From an uncultured Bacillota bacterium (GTDB lineage Bacteria > Sysuimicrobiota > Sysuimicrobiia > Sysuimicrobiales > Segetimicrobiaceae), in the NCBI GenBank assembly GCA_963804645.1, contig CAWDRG010000015.1, positions 224,001-288,000 on the forward strand: a DNA stretch of 64,000 nt, given 5' to 3'. The translations under genes and the position numbers were made by a program. Positions 19,881 through 30,678 of this stretch are shown in pieces. Numbering within the stretch: the stretch's first letter is position 1; each line of letters starts with the position of its first letter. The notes beneath the pieces are model-generated. The model did no database searches. It worked only from the letters and a program-made list of their open reading frames with translations, and was not told where the DNA came from.

Positions 19881-19984
19881 CTCAGGCCGCTCACCGAGAG
19901 GACTCGCTTGGTTAGCACTGAGCGAGTCCTCTAACTTTTGCTCGTTGACGTGCGAGACCGAGACGTGATATCGTACAATTGTAC

Positions 19985-20398
19985 ATGAGCGCAATAGCGG
20001 TGGAGTTCGTCGTCGACACGTCAGCCTTGCTCGCGGTGCTGCTTGATGAGCCGGAGCGTCCGTCACTTATTGCTCGCACGCAGGGTGCGGTGCTGTTGGC
20101 TCCGGGCTCCGTCCCGTGGGAGGTAGGGAACGTACTCATTGCAGGATTTCGCCGGAAGCGACTCAGTGCTCGGCAAGTTCGGGATGCGTGGGTGTCATTC
20201 GAGCGGATCCCGCTGCGTTTGCTGCCCATCGCTGTTGCCAAGGCGCTTGAGTTGGCTGAGCAACTGGGACTCTACGCCTACGATGCCTATATTCTAGAGG
20301 CGGTCCGAGCCCACCGAGCTCCTCTTTTGTCGACTGACAAGCGCCTGCGAGCCGCGGCGGTGAAACTGGGGCTTGAGGTCGGGGAGGCGATGCCATGA
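19985..20398 (+). CDS. PIN-domain (VapC-like) toxin
   Basis: Motifs VVDTSALLAVL, WEVGN, YAYDAY and LLSTDKRL. Palindrome GTACAATTGTAC (19973-19984) lies just upstream. Confidence 0.92.
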   Translation: MSAIAVEFVVDTSALLAVLLDEPERPSLIARTQGAVLLAPGSVPWEVGNVLIAGFRRKRLSARQVRDAWVSFERIPLRLLPIAVAKALELAEQLGLYAYDAYILEAVRAHRAPLLSTDKRLRAAAVKLGLEVGEAMP

Positions 20399-20670
20399 AG
20401 GTTTATACATATTCTGAAGCTCGTCAGCGGCTCGCAAGCGTGTTGGAACAGTCACGGCGGGAAGGGCAAGTTCAGATCCGCCGCCGCGATGGGCAGTTGT
20501 TTGTACTACAACCAGCCGGCAGGGTAGGTTCTCCCTTAGATGTCCCGGGGATTACGGCGGATCTCCGGCGCGGTGAGTTGGCGGCTATGCTGCAGGAGAG
20601 CCGTCGGAGCGGGCACCGGTTCTGGGGCAACGGTCGAAGGGTGCCAGCACGGCGACAAGCGAAGCGATGA
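20395..20670 (+). CDS. Phd/YefM-like antitoxin
   Basis: Reads MKVYTYSEARQRLASVLEQSRREGQVQIRRRDG, with an ATGA overlap on the toxin stop. Confidence 0.88.
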   Translation: MKVYTYSEARQRLASVLEQSRREGQVQIRRRDGQLFVLQPAGRVGSPLDVPGITADLRRGELAAMLQESRRSGHRFWGNGRRVPARRQAKR

Positions 20671-20692
20671 CGCCTCACCCCGGGGCCTGATC

Positions 20693-20732
20693 AACCCGAA
20701 GGTCGGAGGTTCAAATCCTCCCCCCGCTATCA
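20693..20732 (+). pseudogene. 3' half of an initiator-type tRNA-Met (att-site remnant)
   Basis: AACCCGAAGGTCGGAGGTTCAAATCCTCCCCCCGCTATCA supplies a T-arm and the acceptor 3' strand. No D-arm or intact anticodon upstream. Confidence 0.8.
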
Positions 20733-20751
20733 CATAGTCAAGGTCCGGAAT

Positions 20752-20796
20752 GCCCGAAACGCTCGGTACTCAATCGTTTCGGGCGTTCGGCTTTTC
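20752..20796 (+). terminator. Possible intrinsic terminator
   Basis: GCCCGAAACG...CGTTTCGGGC stem followed by GTTCGGCTTTT. Confidence 0.45.
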
Positions 20797-21567
20797 TGGG
20801 GTACTTGTTACCTGGGTACCCGTCAATACCCAGGAATACCGCTCAGAGGGGTCCGCACACAGGTCCGCACAAAACGGACCCGCCGGAGGGATCGTGATGG
20901 CCGGGTTGATCCGGGAAGGCGGCAACGGCAGCCGGCAGGTCAGGCGGCCAGACGGACACACCGAGTAGTACGCGCGATCGCCCCGCTGTCGTAGCCTGCG
21001 TAACTCACGTAATTCACAGAGATTTCAAGGGGTTCGAGGTGTACTGTTCGAACATATCGGGCCGCCGCTCAAGGGTATTCGGCTATTCCGACAATCCGGG
21101 CACGCATTTGAGCTTATAGTCAAAGTTTGCGACGATCAATGCATCCGTCGATTCGCTCCCAAGGCGGCGTGTTGATTCGGATCTCGTAGTCCCCGGCGAT
21201 CACTCATCAACGGCATCCCGGCTATGCTGGAGAGCCGTCGCTTCGAAATTGACCGGCCAATCTTCGTACGACCTCGCTGGGCTTCGTGGCGCGTCTGTGG
21301 CGTAGGCTGGAAGGGTGGAAGCGCACTCCACACGAGGCAAGGGCCAGGGTTTGGGCAGATGAGGTGCCATGCCGCGTTCGCTTCTCTATTCAGGCAAGCA
21401 TATACTGCAATTGCTTCTCCTTCCTTACGCCCACGGCCATGCCTCCGGCATTCGGTTGGTCCCGCGAAGGCACATAGACGGGCTGATGGAAGCGAAGCGC
21501 GTGGGCGCAGGTGCGTCATGGCCGGGGCTCGTCGCACGCCCAATCGTTCGTGGAACGGGGTGGAGAT

Positions 21568-21855
21568 ATGCCCTCCATGCTGGTTCGGCACCATGTGCAG
21601 GATTATGCGAAGTGGAGACTGGGATACGACGCGCACGGGCCTGCTCGTCTGGCCGCCGGGTGCACAGGGACCCAAGTGTTTCGCGACTCCAAGGATCCCA
21701 ATGACGTCGTATTACTCTTCAAATGGGACAGCTTGGTGAATGCTCGTACGTTCGCGCAGTCGCCAGAGCTCCGTGAGACGATGCAGCAACTTGGCGTTGA
21801 TGGACAGCCTGACATCTCCTACCTGGATGACGATGTCGGGCAACCCGCACCGTGA
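21568..21855 (+). CDS. Small dimeric alpha/beta-barrel (cyclase/ABM-like) protein
   Basis: Reads MLVRHHVQDYAKWRLGYD...VFRDSKDPNDVVLLFKWDS...SPELRETMQQLGV. Confidence 0.8.
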   Translation: MPSMLVRHHVQDYAKWRLGYDAHGPARLAAGCTGTQVFRDSKDPNDVVLLFKWDSLVNARTFAQSPELRETMQQLGVDGQPDISYLDDDVGQPAP

Positions 21856-22123
21856 TCTCCTGAACGTCTGAACTGTAACACGGAGGGGAGTGATTAGCGT
21901 GCTCCCCTCCGCCTAAATTGGACAGTCGGGCATTTCGGAAAACGTGCATCTTCACTGAGAACGACCTCGGTCCTTCTGACTATTGGAGTGACGTTAGAGA
22001 TAGGGGGATGAACGGGCGATGGATCAGGAACCGCAAGCCGCAGCAGTTGACCAGCCTCCGGTTCCACCGGTCGCACCAGTCCGGCGGGGCATTCACCCGG
22101 TGCCGAAGCCGGGCCAGAAGGAG

Positions 22124-22279
22124 GTGAGCCGGGTAAAGACCACAGGTAAGAAATTAGCCCACAGGAGGGCGGCTCCGAAGAAGGCAGCCCCCAAGGCCAC
22201 GGCGACCAAGCGCGTAGCTGGCGGGGGGTTGAAGCGTACACGCCTCCGGCGGAAGACGTCGCTGCGGGCGCGCAAGTGA
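22124..22279 (+). CDS. Short Lys/Ala-rich basic protein (histone H1-like composition)
   Basis: Reads KTTGKKLAHRRAAPKKAAPKATATKR after an AAGGAGGTG RBS-like motif. The start codon is ambiguous. Confidence 0.4.
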   Translation: MSRVKTTGKKLAHRRAAPKKAAPKATATKRVAGGGLKRTRLRRKTSLRARK

Positions 22280-22472
22280 TCGGGCGCGATTGTTGACGCG
22301 GCGACTTCGTGGAGGGTGTGCGGAGGCGGCGGGTTGCAGTTCTCGGAGTGTCTAACCGCACCGCGCGTCACGGGATGCAGTCTCCAAGGAGAGACAGCGC
22401 TCGGTATCATGAGGGAAGTCTACGCGATGGAGAGGTCGAGGAGTGCGTGGCAGAGAGGGGGGGATCCGCGAG

Positions 22473-24932
22473 ATGTTTGAACGATTCACGGAACGTGCCC
22501 GCCGTGTGATCATCCTCGCTCAAGAGGAGGCGAAGCGCCTCAACCACAGCGCGGTGGGCACCGAGCACCTCCTCCTCGGGATCATTCGCGAAGGCGAAGG
22601 GGCCGCCAGTAAGGTGCTGGAGTCCTTGAACATCAACCCCGAGCGCGTCCGGGCGGAGATCGAGAGCGCCGTCGGGCGCGGCGAGCGAACGCCGTACGAG
22701 GAAGTCCCGCTCACGCCCCGGGCCAAGAAGGTCCTCGAGCTCGCGCTGGACGAAGCCCGGCGTCTCGGGCACAACTACATCAGCACCGAACACCTCCTCC
22801 TCGGCCTGATCCGCGAGGGCGAGGGCGTCGCCGCGCGCGTGCTTGAAGCGGCGGGCGCCGATCTCGAGCGCGTCCGCTCGCAGGTCGTCTCCCTGCTCGG
22901 GGAAAAGGGCACCGCCTCCTCCCCCAAGCAGGCCGGCAAGACGCCGACCCTGGACGAGTTCGGCCGCGACCTGAGCAAGTTGGCCCGGGAGAACAAGCTG
23001 GACCCGGTGATCGGCCGTGAGCGGGAGATCGAGCGCGTCATCCAGGTCCTGTCCCGCCGCACGAAGAACAACCCGGCCCTGATCGGCGAGCCGGGGGTCG
23101 GGAAGACCGCGATCACCGAGGGCCTGGTCCAGCGGATCGTCCGCGGGGACATCCCCGAGGTCCTCCGGAATAAGCGGGTGGTGCAGCTCGACCTGGCGGC
23201 CCTCGTCGCCGGCACCAAGTACCGCGGCGAGTTCGAAGAGCGCATGAAGAAGGTGATGGCGGAGATCCGGAAGGCGCAGGGCGAGGTCATCCTCTTCGTG
23301 GACGAGCTGCACACGCTCGTCGGCGCCGGCGCGGCGGAGGGCGCGATCGACGCGAGCAATATCCTCAAGCCGTCGCTGTCCCGCGGCGAACTGCAGTGCA
23401 TCGGGGCGACCACGCTGGACGAGTACCGGAAGTACGTCGAGCGCGACGCCGCGCTCGAGCGCCGCTTCGCCCCGATCCTCGTGGCCGAGCCGACGGTGGA
23501 GCAGAGTATCGAGATCCTGCGCGGGCTGCGGGAGCGGTACGAGGCGCACCATGGCGTCAAGATCAGCGACGAGGCGCTCGTCGCCGCGGCGACGCTGGCC
23601 GACAAGTACATCGCGAACCGGTTCCTGCCGGACAAGGCGATCGACCTGATGGACGAGGCGTCGAGCAAGATCCGGCTGCAGGCGCGCTTCCTGCCGCAGG
23701 AGGTGCGCCAGGTGCTCGAAAAGGCCGACCGCGTCCGCCGTGAGAAAGCGGAGGCGATCAGGGGCCAGGACTTCGAGAAGGCGGCCAACCTCCGGGACAA
23801 GGAGGAGGTGCTGCGCCAGAAGCTCGAGGTACTGGAGAGTTCCTGGAAGACGGACAAGGGGCGCGACATCACGACCGTCACGGCCGACGACATCGCCGAC
23901 ATCGTGTCGAGCTGGACCGGCATTCCGGTGATGCGCCTCGTCGAGGAAGAGACCGAGAAGCTCCTCGGGATGGAAGATTCGCTCCACGGGCGGATCGTCG
24001 GGCAGGAGGAGGCCGTCCACGCGGTCGCGCGGGCGGTGCGGCGTGCGCGGGTCGGGCTGAAGGACGCCCGGCGGCCGATCGGCTCCTTCATCTTCCTCGG
24101 ACCGACCGGCGTCGGCAAGACCGATCTCACGCTGGCGCTGGCCGAGTTCCTGTTCGGCGACGAGGACGCGGTCATCCGGATCGACATGTCGGAGTACAGC
24201 GAGCGGCACACCGTGTCGCGGCTCGTCGGCGCGCCTCCGGGATATGTGGGATACGAGGAGGGCGGCCAGCTGACCGAGCAGATCCGGCGGCGGCCGTATT
24301 CCATTGTCCTCCTCGACGAGATCGAGAAGGCGCATCCGGAGATTTTCAGCGTGCTGCTGCAGATGCTGGAGGACGGCCGTCTGACCGACGCTCAGGGGCG
24401 CACGGTCGACTTCAAGCACTGCGTGATCATCATGACCAGCAACGTGGGCGCGCCGCAGATCCAGCGCGACACCGGGTTCGGGTTCCGAGGCCCCGAAAGC
24501 GAGGGGCTGGAGGCCGAGCGCACCTACGATCGGATGAAGACCCACGTGATGGAGGAACTGCGTCGGACGTTCCGACCGGAGTTCCTGAACCGCGTGGACG
24601 AGATCATCGTCTTCCGGCCGCTGATGCGCGAGCAGATCCGGGCGATCGTAGATATCCTCATGGAGCGCGTCAAGCGAGAGATCCGGGGCCAGGGCATGAC
24701 GTTGACGATGACCGATGCCGCGCGTGAACTCCTGTCCACCGAGGGGTACGACCCCCAGTACGGGGCGCGGCCGCTGCGGCGGGCGATCCGGCGCTTGGTA
24801 GAGAATCCGCTCTCGGACGATCTGCTCCGGGGCAAGTTCAGCCAGGGCGACGAGATCATCCTGGACGTTCGGGACGGCCAGGTCGTCTTCGAGAAGCAGC
24901 GCGAGCCCGTCTCCGCCGACAAGGGGTCGTAA
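22473..24932 (+). CDS. clpC: ATP-dependent Clp protease ATPase subunit ClpC
   Basis: [13 protein letters not shown]-domain, two AAA+ modules ([16 protein letters not shown]), UVR-like middle domain and a GFGF ClpP-docking loop. Confidence 0.97.
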   Translation: MFERFTERARRVIILAQEEAKRLNHSAVGTEHLLLGIIREGEGAASKVLESLNINPERVRAEIESAVGRGERTPYEEVPLTPRAKKVLELALDEARRLGHNYISTEHLLLGLIREGEGVAARVLEAAGADLERVRSQVVSLLGEKGTASSPKQAGKTPTLDEFGRDLSKLARENKLDPVIGREREIERVIQVLSRRTKNNPALIGEPGVGKTAITEGLVQRIVRGDIPEVLRNKRVVQLDLAALVAGTKYRGEFEERMKKVMAEIRKAQGEVILFVDELHTLVGAGAAEGAIDASNILKPSLSRGELQCIGATTLDEYRKYVERDAALERRFAPILVAEPTVEQSIEILRGLRERYEAHHGVKISDEALVAAATLADKYIANRFLPDKAIDLMDEASSKIRLQARFLPQEVRQVLEKADRVRREKAEAIRGQDFEKAANLRDKEEVLRQKLEVLESSWKTDKGRDITTVTADDIADIVSSWTGIPVMRLVEEETEKLLGMEDSLHGRIVGQEEAVHAVARAVRRARVGLKDARRPIGSFIFLGPTGVGKTDLTLALAEFLFGDEDAVIRIDMSEYSERHTVSRLVGAPPGYVGYEEGGQLTEQIRRRPYSIVLLDEIEKAHPEIFSVLLQMLEDGRLTDAQGRTVDFKHCVIIMTSNVGAPQIQRDTGFGFRGPESEGLEAERTYDRMKTHVMEELRRTFRPEFLNRVDEIIVFRPLMREQIRAIVDILMERVKREIRGQGMTLTMTDAARELLSTEGYDPQYGARPLRRAIRRLVENPLSDDLLRGKFSQGDEIILDVRDGQVVFEKQREPVSADKGS

Positions 24933-25773
24933 GTAAGCACGTGGGTCCCGAGGAGCACCGCGGCGGCCCGGGGAGGGGCGTAATCGAATAGTTTCTGGAC
25001 TGCTTCCCAGACCAGCGCGAACCGGATGAACTGCCAGAGGTCGTGCATGCGGCTGCCTCCGCGCATTGAAGGTCCGGTGTCGCGTAGCAGACCGGGGTAC
25101 GAGATCGAAGGCCGAGGTCGGGTGCCACGCCCGGGGGGGCGTAGCGGCATGAGCAGGACCGCGAGGCTCGTCATGGCGGCAAGCTAGGACCACAGTCCCT
25201 GTGGAATCGGTTTAGACAGCTATAGGCGGTGTGTTATGCCGGGCGTTCGCGCAAAGGCAGGGTTACCGTGGCCGGTTAACGGTACCTACGTCTGCGACAA
25301 GTGCCACACGAAACTGATTGGCAGGGCCGGCATGATCGCGACGCGTTGCGCGGTTCTCCATAGCGACCATGGTCGGCCGTGCAACTGTGCCTATTTTGTT
25401 CTCGCCGAAGACCCTCGTCCCGTTGAAGGTTCGACCGGCTCATAGTCTCATGACGAGTCAGGATCCGTCCTTCTATCGCGTCCAGCTGGGCAGGCAGTCC
25501 GTCGTGGGCGCAGCAGAATTGAGGAGCACGGGTACGCCCGCAATATGCTGGCGCGCTGTTCAAGGTTATTGGGCGGAGTTTCTAACTCGGACGGACCGCG
25601 GGGCAGGAGCCCCGGGCTCGAAAGGGACGCCGGATGACGATTCGCCGTGGCCGCGTCGAAACCGGATGGAGTTTTCCAACGCAAGGTGCTCATGAGTGTA
25701 TACTGAAGGCGAGGCGAAAAGCCAAAACGGAAATTTCGGTTGACGGGACGCACTCCGGGCGGAGGCGAGAGGC

Positions 25774-26418
25774 GTGGTAGTAGCGTACAGGCCACCGACA
25801 GGACCCACATATCAGGAGATGGAGGATGTACAGCTCGTCGATTGCGCGAAGAGTGGAGATGAATTCGCTACCGAGTTCCTGATCAATAAGTACCGCAACC
25901 TCATCAGGTTCAAAGCGAAAGGGTACTTCCTCATCGGGGCCGATCGCGAAGATATCATTCAGGAAGGTATGATCGGCCTGTATAAGGCGATCCGGGACTT
26001 CCGCAGAGAGAAGCTTTCCTCGTTCCGGGCGTTCGCCGATCTATGCATCACCCGCCAGATCATCACCGCGATCAAGACCGCCACCAGGCAGAAGCACATT
26101 CCGCTCAACTCGTACATCTCGCTCAACAAGCCGATCTACGATGATGACTCCGACCGCACACTCCTCGATGTGATCAGCAGCATCAAGGTGTCCGACCCTG
26201 AGGAGTTGGTGATCAATCAGGAAACCTCCCAGACGATGCGGGAGCGTATCCGCAAAAACTTGAGCGACCTGGAGTGCGGGGTCCTCACCGGCTACCTGGA
26301 AGGGAAGTCGTACCAGGAGATGGCGACCGAGCTGCACCGGCACGCGAAATCGATCGACAACGCCCTGCAGCGGGTGAAGCGGAAGCTGGAGCGGAACCTG
26401 GAGGGCGAGGAGGAGTAG
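25774..26418 (+). CDS. sigH: RNA polymerase sigma factor SigH
   Basis: Motifs YFLIGADREDIIQEGMIGLYKAIRDF, TAIKTATRQKHIPLNSYISL and KSIDNALQRVKRKLE. Confidence 0.95.
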   Translation: MVVAYRPPTGPTYQEMEDVQLVDCAKSGDEFATEFLINKYRNLIRFKAKGYFLIGADREDIIQEGMIGLYKAIRDFRREKLSSFRAFADLCITRQIITAIKTATRQKHIPLNSYISLNKPIYDDDSDRTLLDVISSIKVSDPEELVINQETSQTMRERIRKNLSDLECGVLTGYLEGKSYQEMATELHRHAKSIDNALQRVKRKLERNLEGEEE

Positions 26419-27339
26419 CCGAGCTCGCGGCGTTCTCACAGCTGAGATAAACTGTGGCCGGCCACCCATCGGGTGGCCGGCCACGATGCTTCTGCTCCGT
26501 CTGGACGGCGCCGGACGCTCCCGGGGCTAGAGGATGATAACCGGGCCGACGCGGGTCCCGACCGGGCCGCCGCAGAGACCGTCCTTCAGCGCGTTACGCC
26601 CTCCCCCCGACGAGGTGGCCGATCGTTCGACGAACGCCGCCTCCGACAGCGCGCCGGCCCGTGCGAGCGCCCGAAGGCTTTCCGGCTCCTCGATGTCCTT
26701 GCTGTGAGCCTGACCATGTACGCCAGCAGCGTCAGGTACGCGTCCGACGCCACGTCGACGTACCAGATGCAGATTCGGTCGGTGGCCTCGTCAATCAGGT
26801 CGCGAAACTGGATCGGCACCAGACCGGCCTGCACGTTCACAATCGCGTCGGTGCCGCCGCCCCGGGAGGAACCGGGTCGCCCAGGTGGTCCGGCTCGTAC
26901 CGATAGGCGTGGGTGCCCTGACATCAGCAGGTTTGAAGAACACCCCCTAATTATCTACACAATCCCCCCGCAGGCGAGGACGTCGCTAATCTGTTTACGC
27001 ACACTCCGTGATCAACTTGCGTCCATCAGACCTGCAGGTTGAAGTCGTCTGGGCCGCCCTTAAGGACAGCGTAGGCGAATCCCTGAGCAAGCGCGCGGAT
27101 CGTATGGCAGGCGCCGACGGGCACACGGATGACAGTGGCGCACGGACTCGCTGTAACCTTTTTGGGTGCGTCGCGTCGGCCGTGCCGTGCGACGACTTCG
27201 ACCTCTGCGCCGTAAACGACGGTGTACTCATTCGCTTGGCGATGCCAATGCACCGGACAACCTTCGAAAGGTTGGGGCCTATGATGCTGTCGGTATGCCA
27301 AAGATATGGCACATATCTGAGAACGCTGCGCCTGTCAAG

Positions 27340-27726
27340 CCTCCCTTTCAACAGTCGGATACCATTGTCTGCGCCTGCCGGCATATTTAGGCATGCTTCC
27401 CCCGCGACGAGGCGGTCAAGGATCGCGAAGCGAGCCGAAGGCTTTGTCCTTGACGGCCGTGGGAGCGGGGGATAGGGATCCCCTGGGCCGGCAGGCGCCG
27501 GGTCCCACACACTCTCGCGAGCTCGTGATCTTCGTTTCTATACTCTGCAGCTCACCTCACTCATCCGGTATCGTGCTCCTTGGACTCTCCAGTTACCGCG
27601 TCCATTTGCCTCGGTCCCGATCGCGTCGGTGAGCCATATCTTCGCCCTGACGAGCTGCATGAGGGTATCCCGAAGGCGTGTCGCAATCACTCAAACGAGC
27701 CTCAAGGGCTCATGTGCCAACCGCGC
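27340..27726 (-). ncRNA. Putative bridge/seek RNA of the IS110 element
   Basis: Two segments (27686-27694, 27630-27642) match the left and right flanks of the insertion site in opposite orientations. Boundaries are approximate. Confidence 0.8.
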
Positions 27727-28785
27727 TTACGCCTTCGTGGACGCGTCGGTCTTGCGTTTGGGCTCCTGGTAAGGTTCCTCCTTGGTCAGCATCCAGTACG
27801 TCGCCTCCGCCAGATGCCGTGCGACGGCGCCGATGGCTCTGGCATGATCTTTGCGGTGGTGCACTCGCGCATAGAGGCCACTGACGTGGCGGTGTTTCCA
27901 TTGCGCTCGCTCTCGATGCCGGCAGCACACCTCGGCCGCTTCCGCGAACACCCATTTCAGGTAGTGGTTCACGTCGGACCGCGTCCGTCCAAACCGGGTC
28001 TTGCCCCCACTGGAGTGAACGCGCGGGGTCGTACCGGCGTACGCGGCGAGGTGCTCCGCGTCAGGAAAGCGGTGGACGTCCCCCACCTCCAGCAAGATCA
28101 CCATCCCGAGAATGAAGCCGACGCCGGGCAGGCTGCGCAACCGTTCAAGTGCCGGCGTCGTTGTGAAGACGTCTCGCATGCGGTTCTCGAGGTCCGCGAC
28201 TTGCTCATCCAACCGGTCAAGGTGCTCCAGCAACTGGTGCGTTGCGAAGCGGGTGTGCGGCGGAAGGTGGCCGATCGTGTCGGCCAGCAGCACGCGACCC
28301 TGCTTGCCAAACACGTCACTCACACCTGTGACCGCCAGTCCGTACTTGGCCAACGTAGCGTGGATCCGATTCTTCAGTCGGGTCTTCGTGCTCACCAACA
28401 CCATGCGCGTCCGCGGCAAGTCCCGCTGATCGCGGACCTCCGCGGGCGGGATCCAGACCGTCGGGAGCGTTCCGGTCCGTTGCAACCGGTTCAACCCTCG
28501 CACGTCCAGCTTGTCGGTCTTGTTGATCATGCCCGACATGAGCTTGGCCTTACGGGCGTGCACCAAGCGCGGGACCATACCCGCTTCTTCGATCTCGTCG
28601 ACCAACCAGTACCAGTTGCCCACCGTCTCCACGGCAACGGGGGAACCGGGCGTCCACTGTTCCAAGAAGTCCCGGATGGCTCCGCGATGGTGTGCGAGCC
28701 GCGTCTCTCGCAACACCTCCCCGGTTGGACGCTCCACCGATGCGACGGTATAATGCTTGTGAGCATCGAACGCGATGTACTCCAT
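27727..28785 (-). CDS. IS110 DEDD recombinase/transposase
   Basis: Motifs [37 protein letters not shown] and AVARHLA. Confidence 0.96.
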   Translation of the reverse strand: MEYIAFDAHKHYTVASVERPTGEVLRETRLAHHRGAIRDFLEQWTPGSPVAVETVGNWYWLVDEIEEAGMVPRLVHARKAKLMSGMINKTDKLDVRGLNRLQRTGTLPTVWIPPAEVRDQRDLPRTRMVLVSTKTRLKNRIHATLAKYGLAVTGVSDVFGKQGRVLLADTIGHLPPHTRFATHQLLEHLDRLDEQVADLENRMRDVFTTTPALERLRSLPGVGFILGMVILLEVGDVHRFPDAEHLAAYAGTTPRVHSSGGKTRFGRTRSDVNHYLKWVFAEAAEVCCRHRERAQWKHRHVSGLYARVHHRKDHARAIGAVARHLAEATYWMLTKEEPYQEPKRKTDASTKA

Positions 28786-29256
28786 TTGCTGCGCCTCCTC
28801 TCGTACCCGGGATTGGCTGTCTCGGTACGAGGGTACCACCGTACCCCCGGAGGCGCAGCGTTCTCATACCATCACTCAATACCCGTTTGGGGCCATTTGT
28901 CCACTAAATCAACAGCTGCTGTCAACCCCACTGGGCCGTGCGAAAACTGACCAAAGAATTGACCCCCAGCTTCCACGGACCGCGGTGAGCCAGCCCGCCA
29001 ACGTGTTCGTCTGTTCTTAATGGCGGGGTGCCGCGGCAGGGCGCGAACATAACAAGTAGCGCGCAGTCTGATCATTAATTGCCCGCATCACCACCGTCCG
29101 TGGCTTTGGGCGGGCCGGCGCTGTCCGATAGACGGCGATCGCGTGTATAACTGATGTCAGTCGAGCACGGACGGCGGCATCCCGGCGGGGCGGTGGTGGC
29201 GAGGTTCGGTCCGGTGCGATGCGACGCTCTGCAGCAGTCGGGGTTGGGAGGCAATC

Positions 29257-30678
29257 ATGGCGAACGAGTATGACCTCATAGTGATCGGTAGCGGTCCGGC
29301 CGGCCAGCGGGCCGGGATCGCGGCGGCCAAGCTCGGCCGGCGGACCGCGATCGTCGAGCGCAACATGGACGTGGGGGGCGGTTGCCTTCACCACGGTACG
29401 ATTCCGAGCAAGACCCTCCGGGAGGCGGTCGCCTACCTGTCCGGGGTCCAGCAACGCCAGATATACGGGCACGCGTTCCGGGTAAAGGAGCGCATCGGGA
29501 TGCAGGACCTCACCGTGCGGACGCAGCACGTGATCGCCGCGGAGACCAATATCGTTCGCGATCAGCTCATCCGGAACGGCGTCGACATTTTCGCCGGCAC
29601 CGGTTCGTTTGCGGATCCTCATCACGTCGTCGTCTCGACCGAGAATGGATCACGCACGGTGACGGCCGACAAAGCCGTCATCGCGGTGGGCAGCCGGCCG
29701 TTGCGTCCCGAGGCGTTTGAGTTCGACGACCGCACGGTCATTGACAGCGACAGCCTGCTCACCCTGTCCGAGATTCCCCGCACGATGGCGGTCGTGGGCG
29801 CCGGGATCTCCGGGACGGAATACGCGACAATCTTCCAGACCGCGGGGGTCCAGGTGACGCTCATCGACGCCCGCGAGCGTCCGATGGAGGCCCTGGACGA
29901 CGAGATCGAGGACGCGCTCTACTACCATATGCGCGACACGGGCATCGCGCTGCGGTTCGGCGAGACCGTCTCCACCGTGCGCCGGACCCCAGAGGGCCGC
30001 GTGCACGTCGGGTTGGCGAGCGGGAAGGCGCTGCTCACGGACGCGCTGATGGTGGCCGCGGGCCGCACTGGGGCGTCGGCGGACCTCAAGCTGGATGCGG
30101 TGGGCATCGAGATGGACCAGAAAGGCCGCATCAAGGTGGATGACACGTACCGCACGAGCGTCCCGAACATTTATGCCGTCGGCGACATTATCGGGGGCTT
30201 CAGCCTGGCGTCGACGTCCATGGAGCAGGGGCGCCTCGCCGCGCTGCACGCGTGCGGCGTCGAGGCGCTCCCGATGTCCACGCGGTTGGCGTATGGCATT
30301 TACACGATCCCGGAAGTGGCGATGGTGGGCCCGACGGAGCAGCAGCTGACGCGCCTCGCGGTGCCGTACGAGGTCGGCGTGGTGCCATTTCGCGAGCTGT
30401 CGCGCGTGCAGATCAGCGGCGGCCGGGACGGCCTCCTGAAAGTGCTGTTCCACCGTGAGACGCTGAAGCTGCTGGCGGTGCACATCCTCGGGCAGAGTGC
30501 CACCGAATTGATCCACATCGGGCAGGCCGTCATCGACCACGGCGGCACGGTCAACTATTTGCGGGACGTGGTGTTCAACTACCCCACGCTCGCCGAGGGG
30601 TACAAGGCCGCGGCCCTGAACGGACTCAACAAGCTCGTGCCGAGCACCCCTGCGGATATAGCCGTGGGCGAGAGCTGA
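29257..30678 (+). CDS. sthA: Soluble pyridine nucleotide transhydrogenase
   Basis: GSGPAG, GGGCLHHGTIPSKTLRE (no redox Cys pair) and FNYPTLAEGYK. Confidence 0.92.
   Translation: MANEYDLIVIGSGPAGQRAGIAAAKLGRRTAIVERNMDVGGGCLHHGTIPSKTLREAVAYLSGVQQRQIYGHAFRVKERIGMQDLTVRTQHVIAAETNIVRDQLIRNGVDIFAGTGSFADPHHVVVSTENGSRTVTADKAVIAVGSRPLRPEAFEFDDRTVIDSDSLLTLSEIPRTMAVVGAGISGTEYATIFQTAGVQVTLIDARERPMEALDDEIEDALYYHMRDTGIALRFGETVSTVRRTPEGRVHVGLASGKALLTDALMVAAGRTGASADLKLDAVGIEMDQKGRIKVDDTYRTSVPNIYAVGDIIGGFSLASTSMEQGRLAALHACGVEALPMSTRLAYGIYTIPEVAMVGPTEQQLTRLAVPYEVGVVPFRELSRVQISGGRDGLLKVLFHRETLKLLAVHILGQSATELIHIGQAVIDHGGTVNYLRDVVFNYPTLAEGYKAAALNGLNKLVPSTPADIAVGES

Larger units (their letters stand above)
27315..28869 (-). 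mobile_element. IS110-family element, IS1111 type
   Basis: Perfect 16-bp sub-terminal IRs TGAGAACGCTGCGCCT (27318-27333, 28851-28866). Shared CAT core at 27312-27314 and 28870-28872. Long 3' non-coding end. Confidence 0.93.

Noticed and set aside
19899..19936. Hairpin with GTTAGCAC and CTCTAAC suggesting an integron attC before the TA pair
   Set aside because: The boxes are in the wrong order for a complete attC, and there is no integrase or second site.
20693..20732. Functional tRNA gene
   Set aside because: The 5' half and anticodon are missing, so it is kept only as an att remnant.
22407..25193. 928-aa minus-strand ORF (similarly 61071-63806, 27580-28950 and 53381-54799)
   Set aside because: Antisense shadows of real high-GC genes, with no recognisable motifs.
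27008..27475. 155-aa plus-strand ORF
   Set aside because: It crosses the IS110 right end at 27312 and has no recognisable family.
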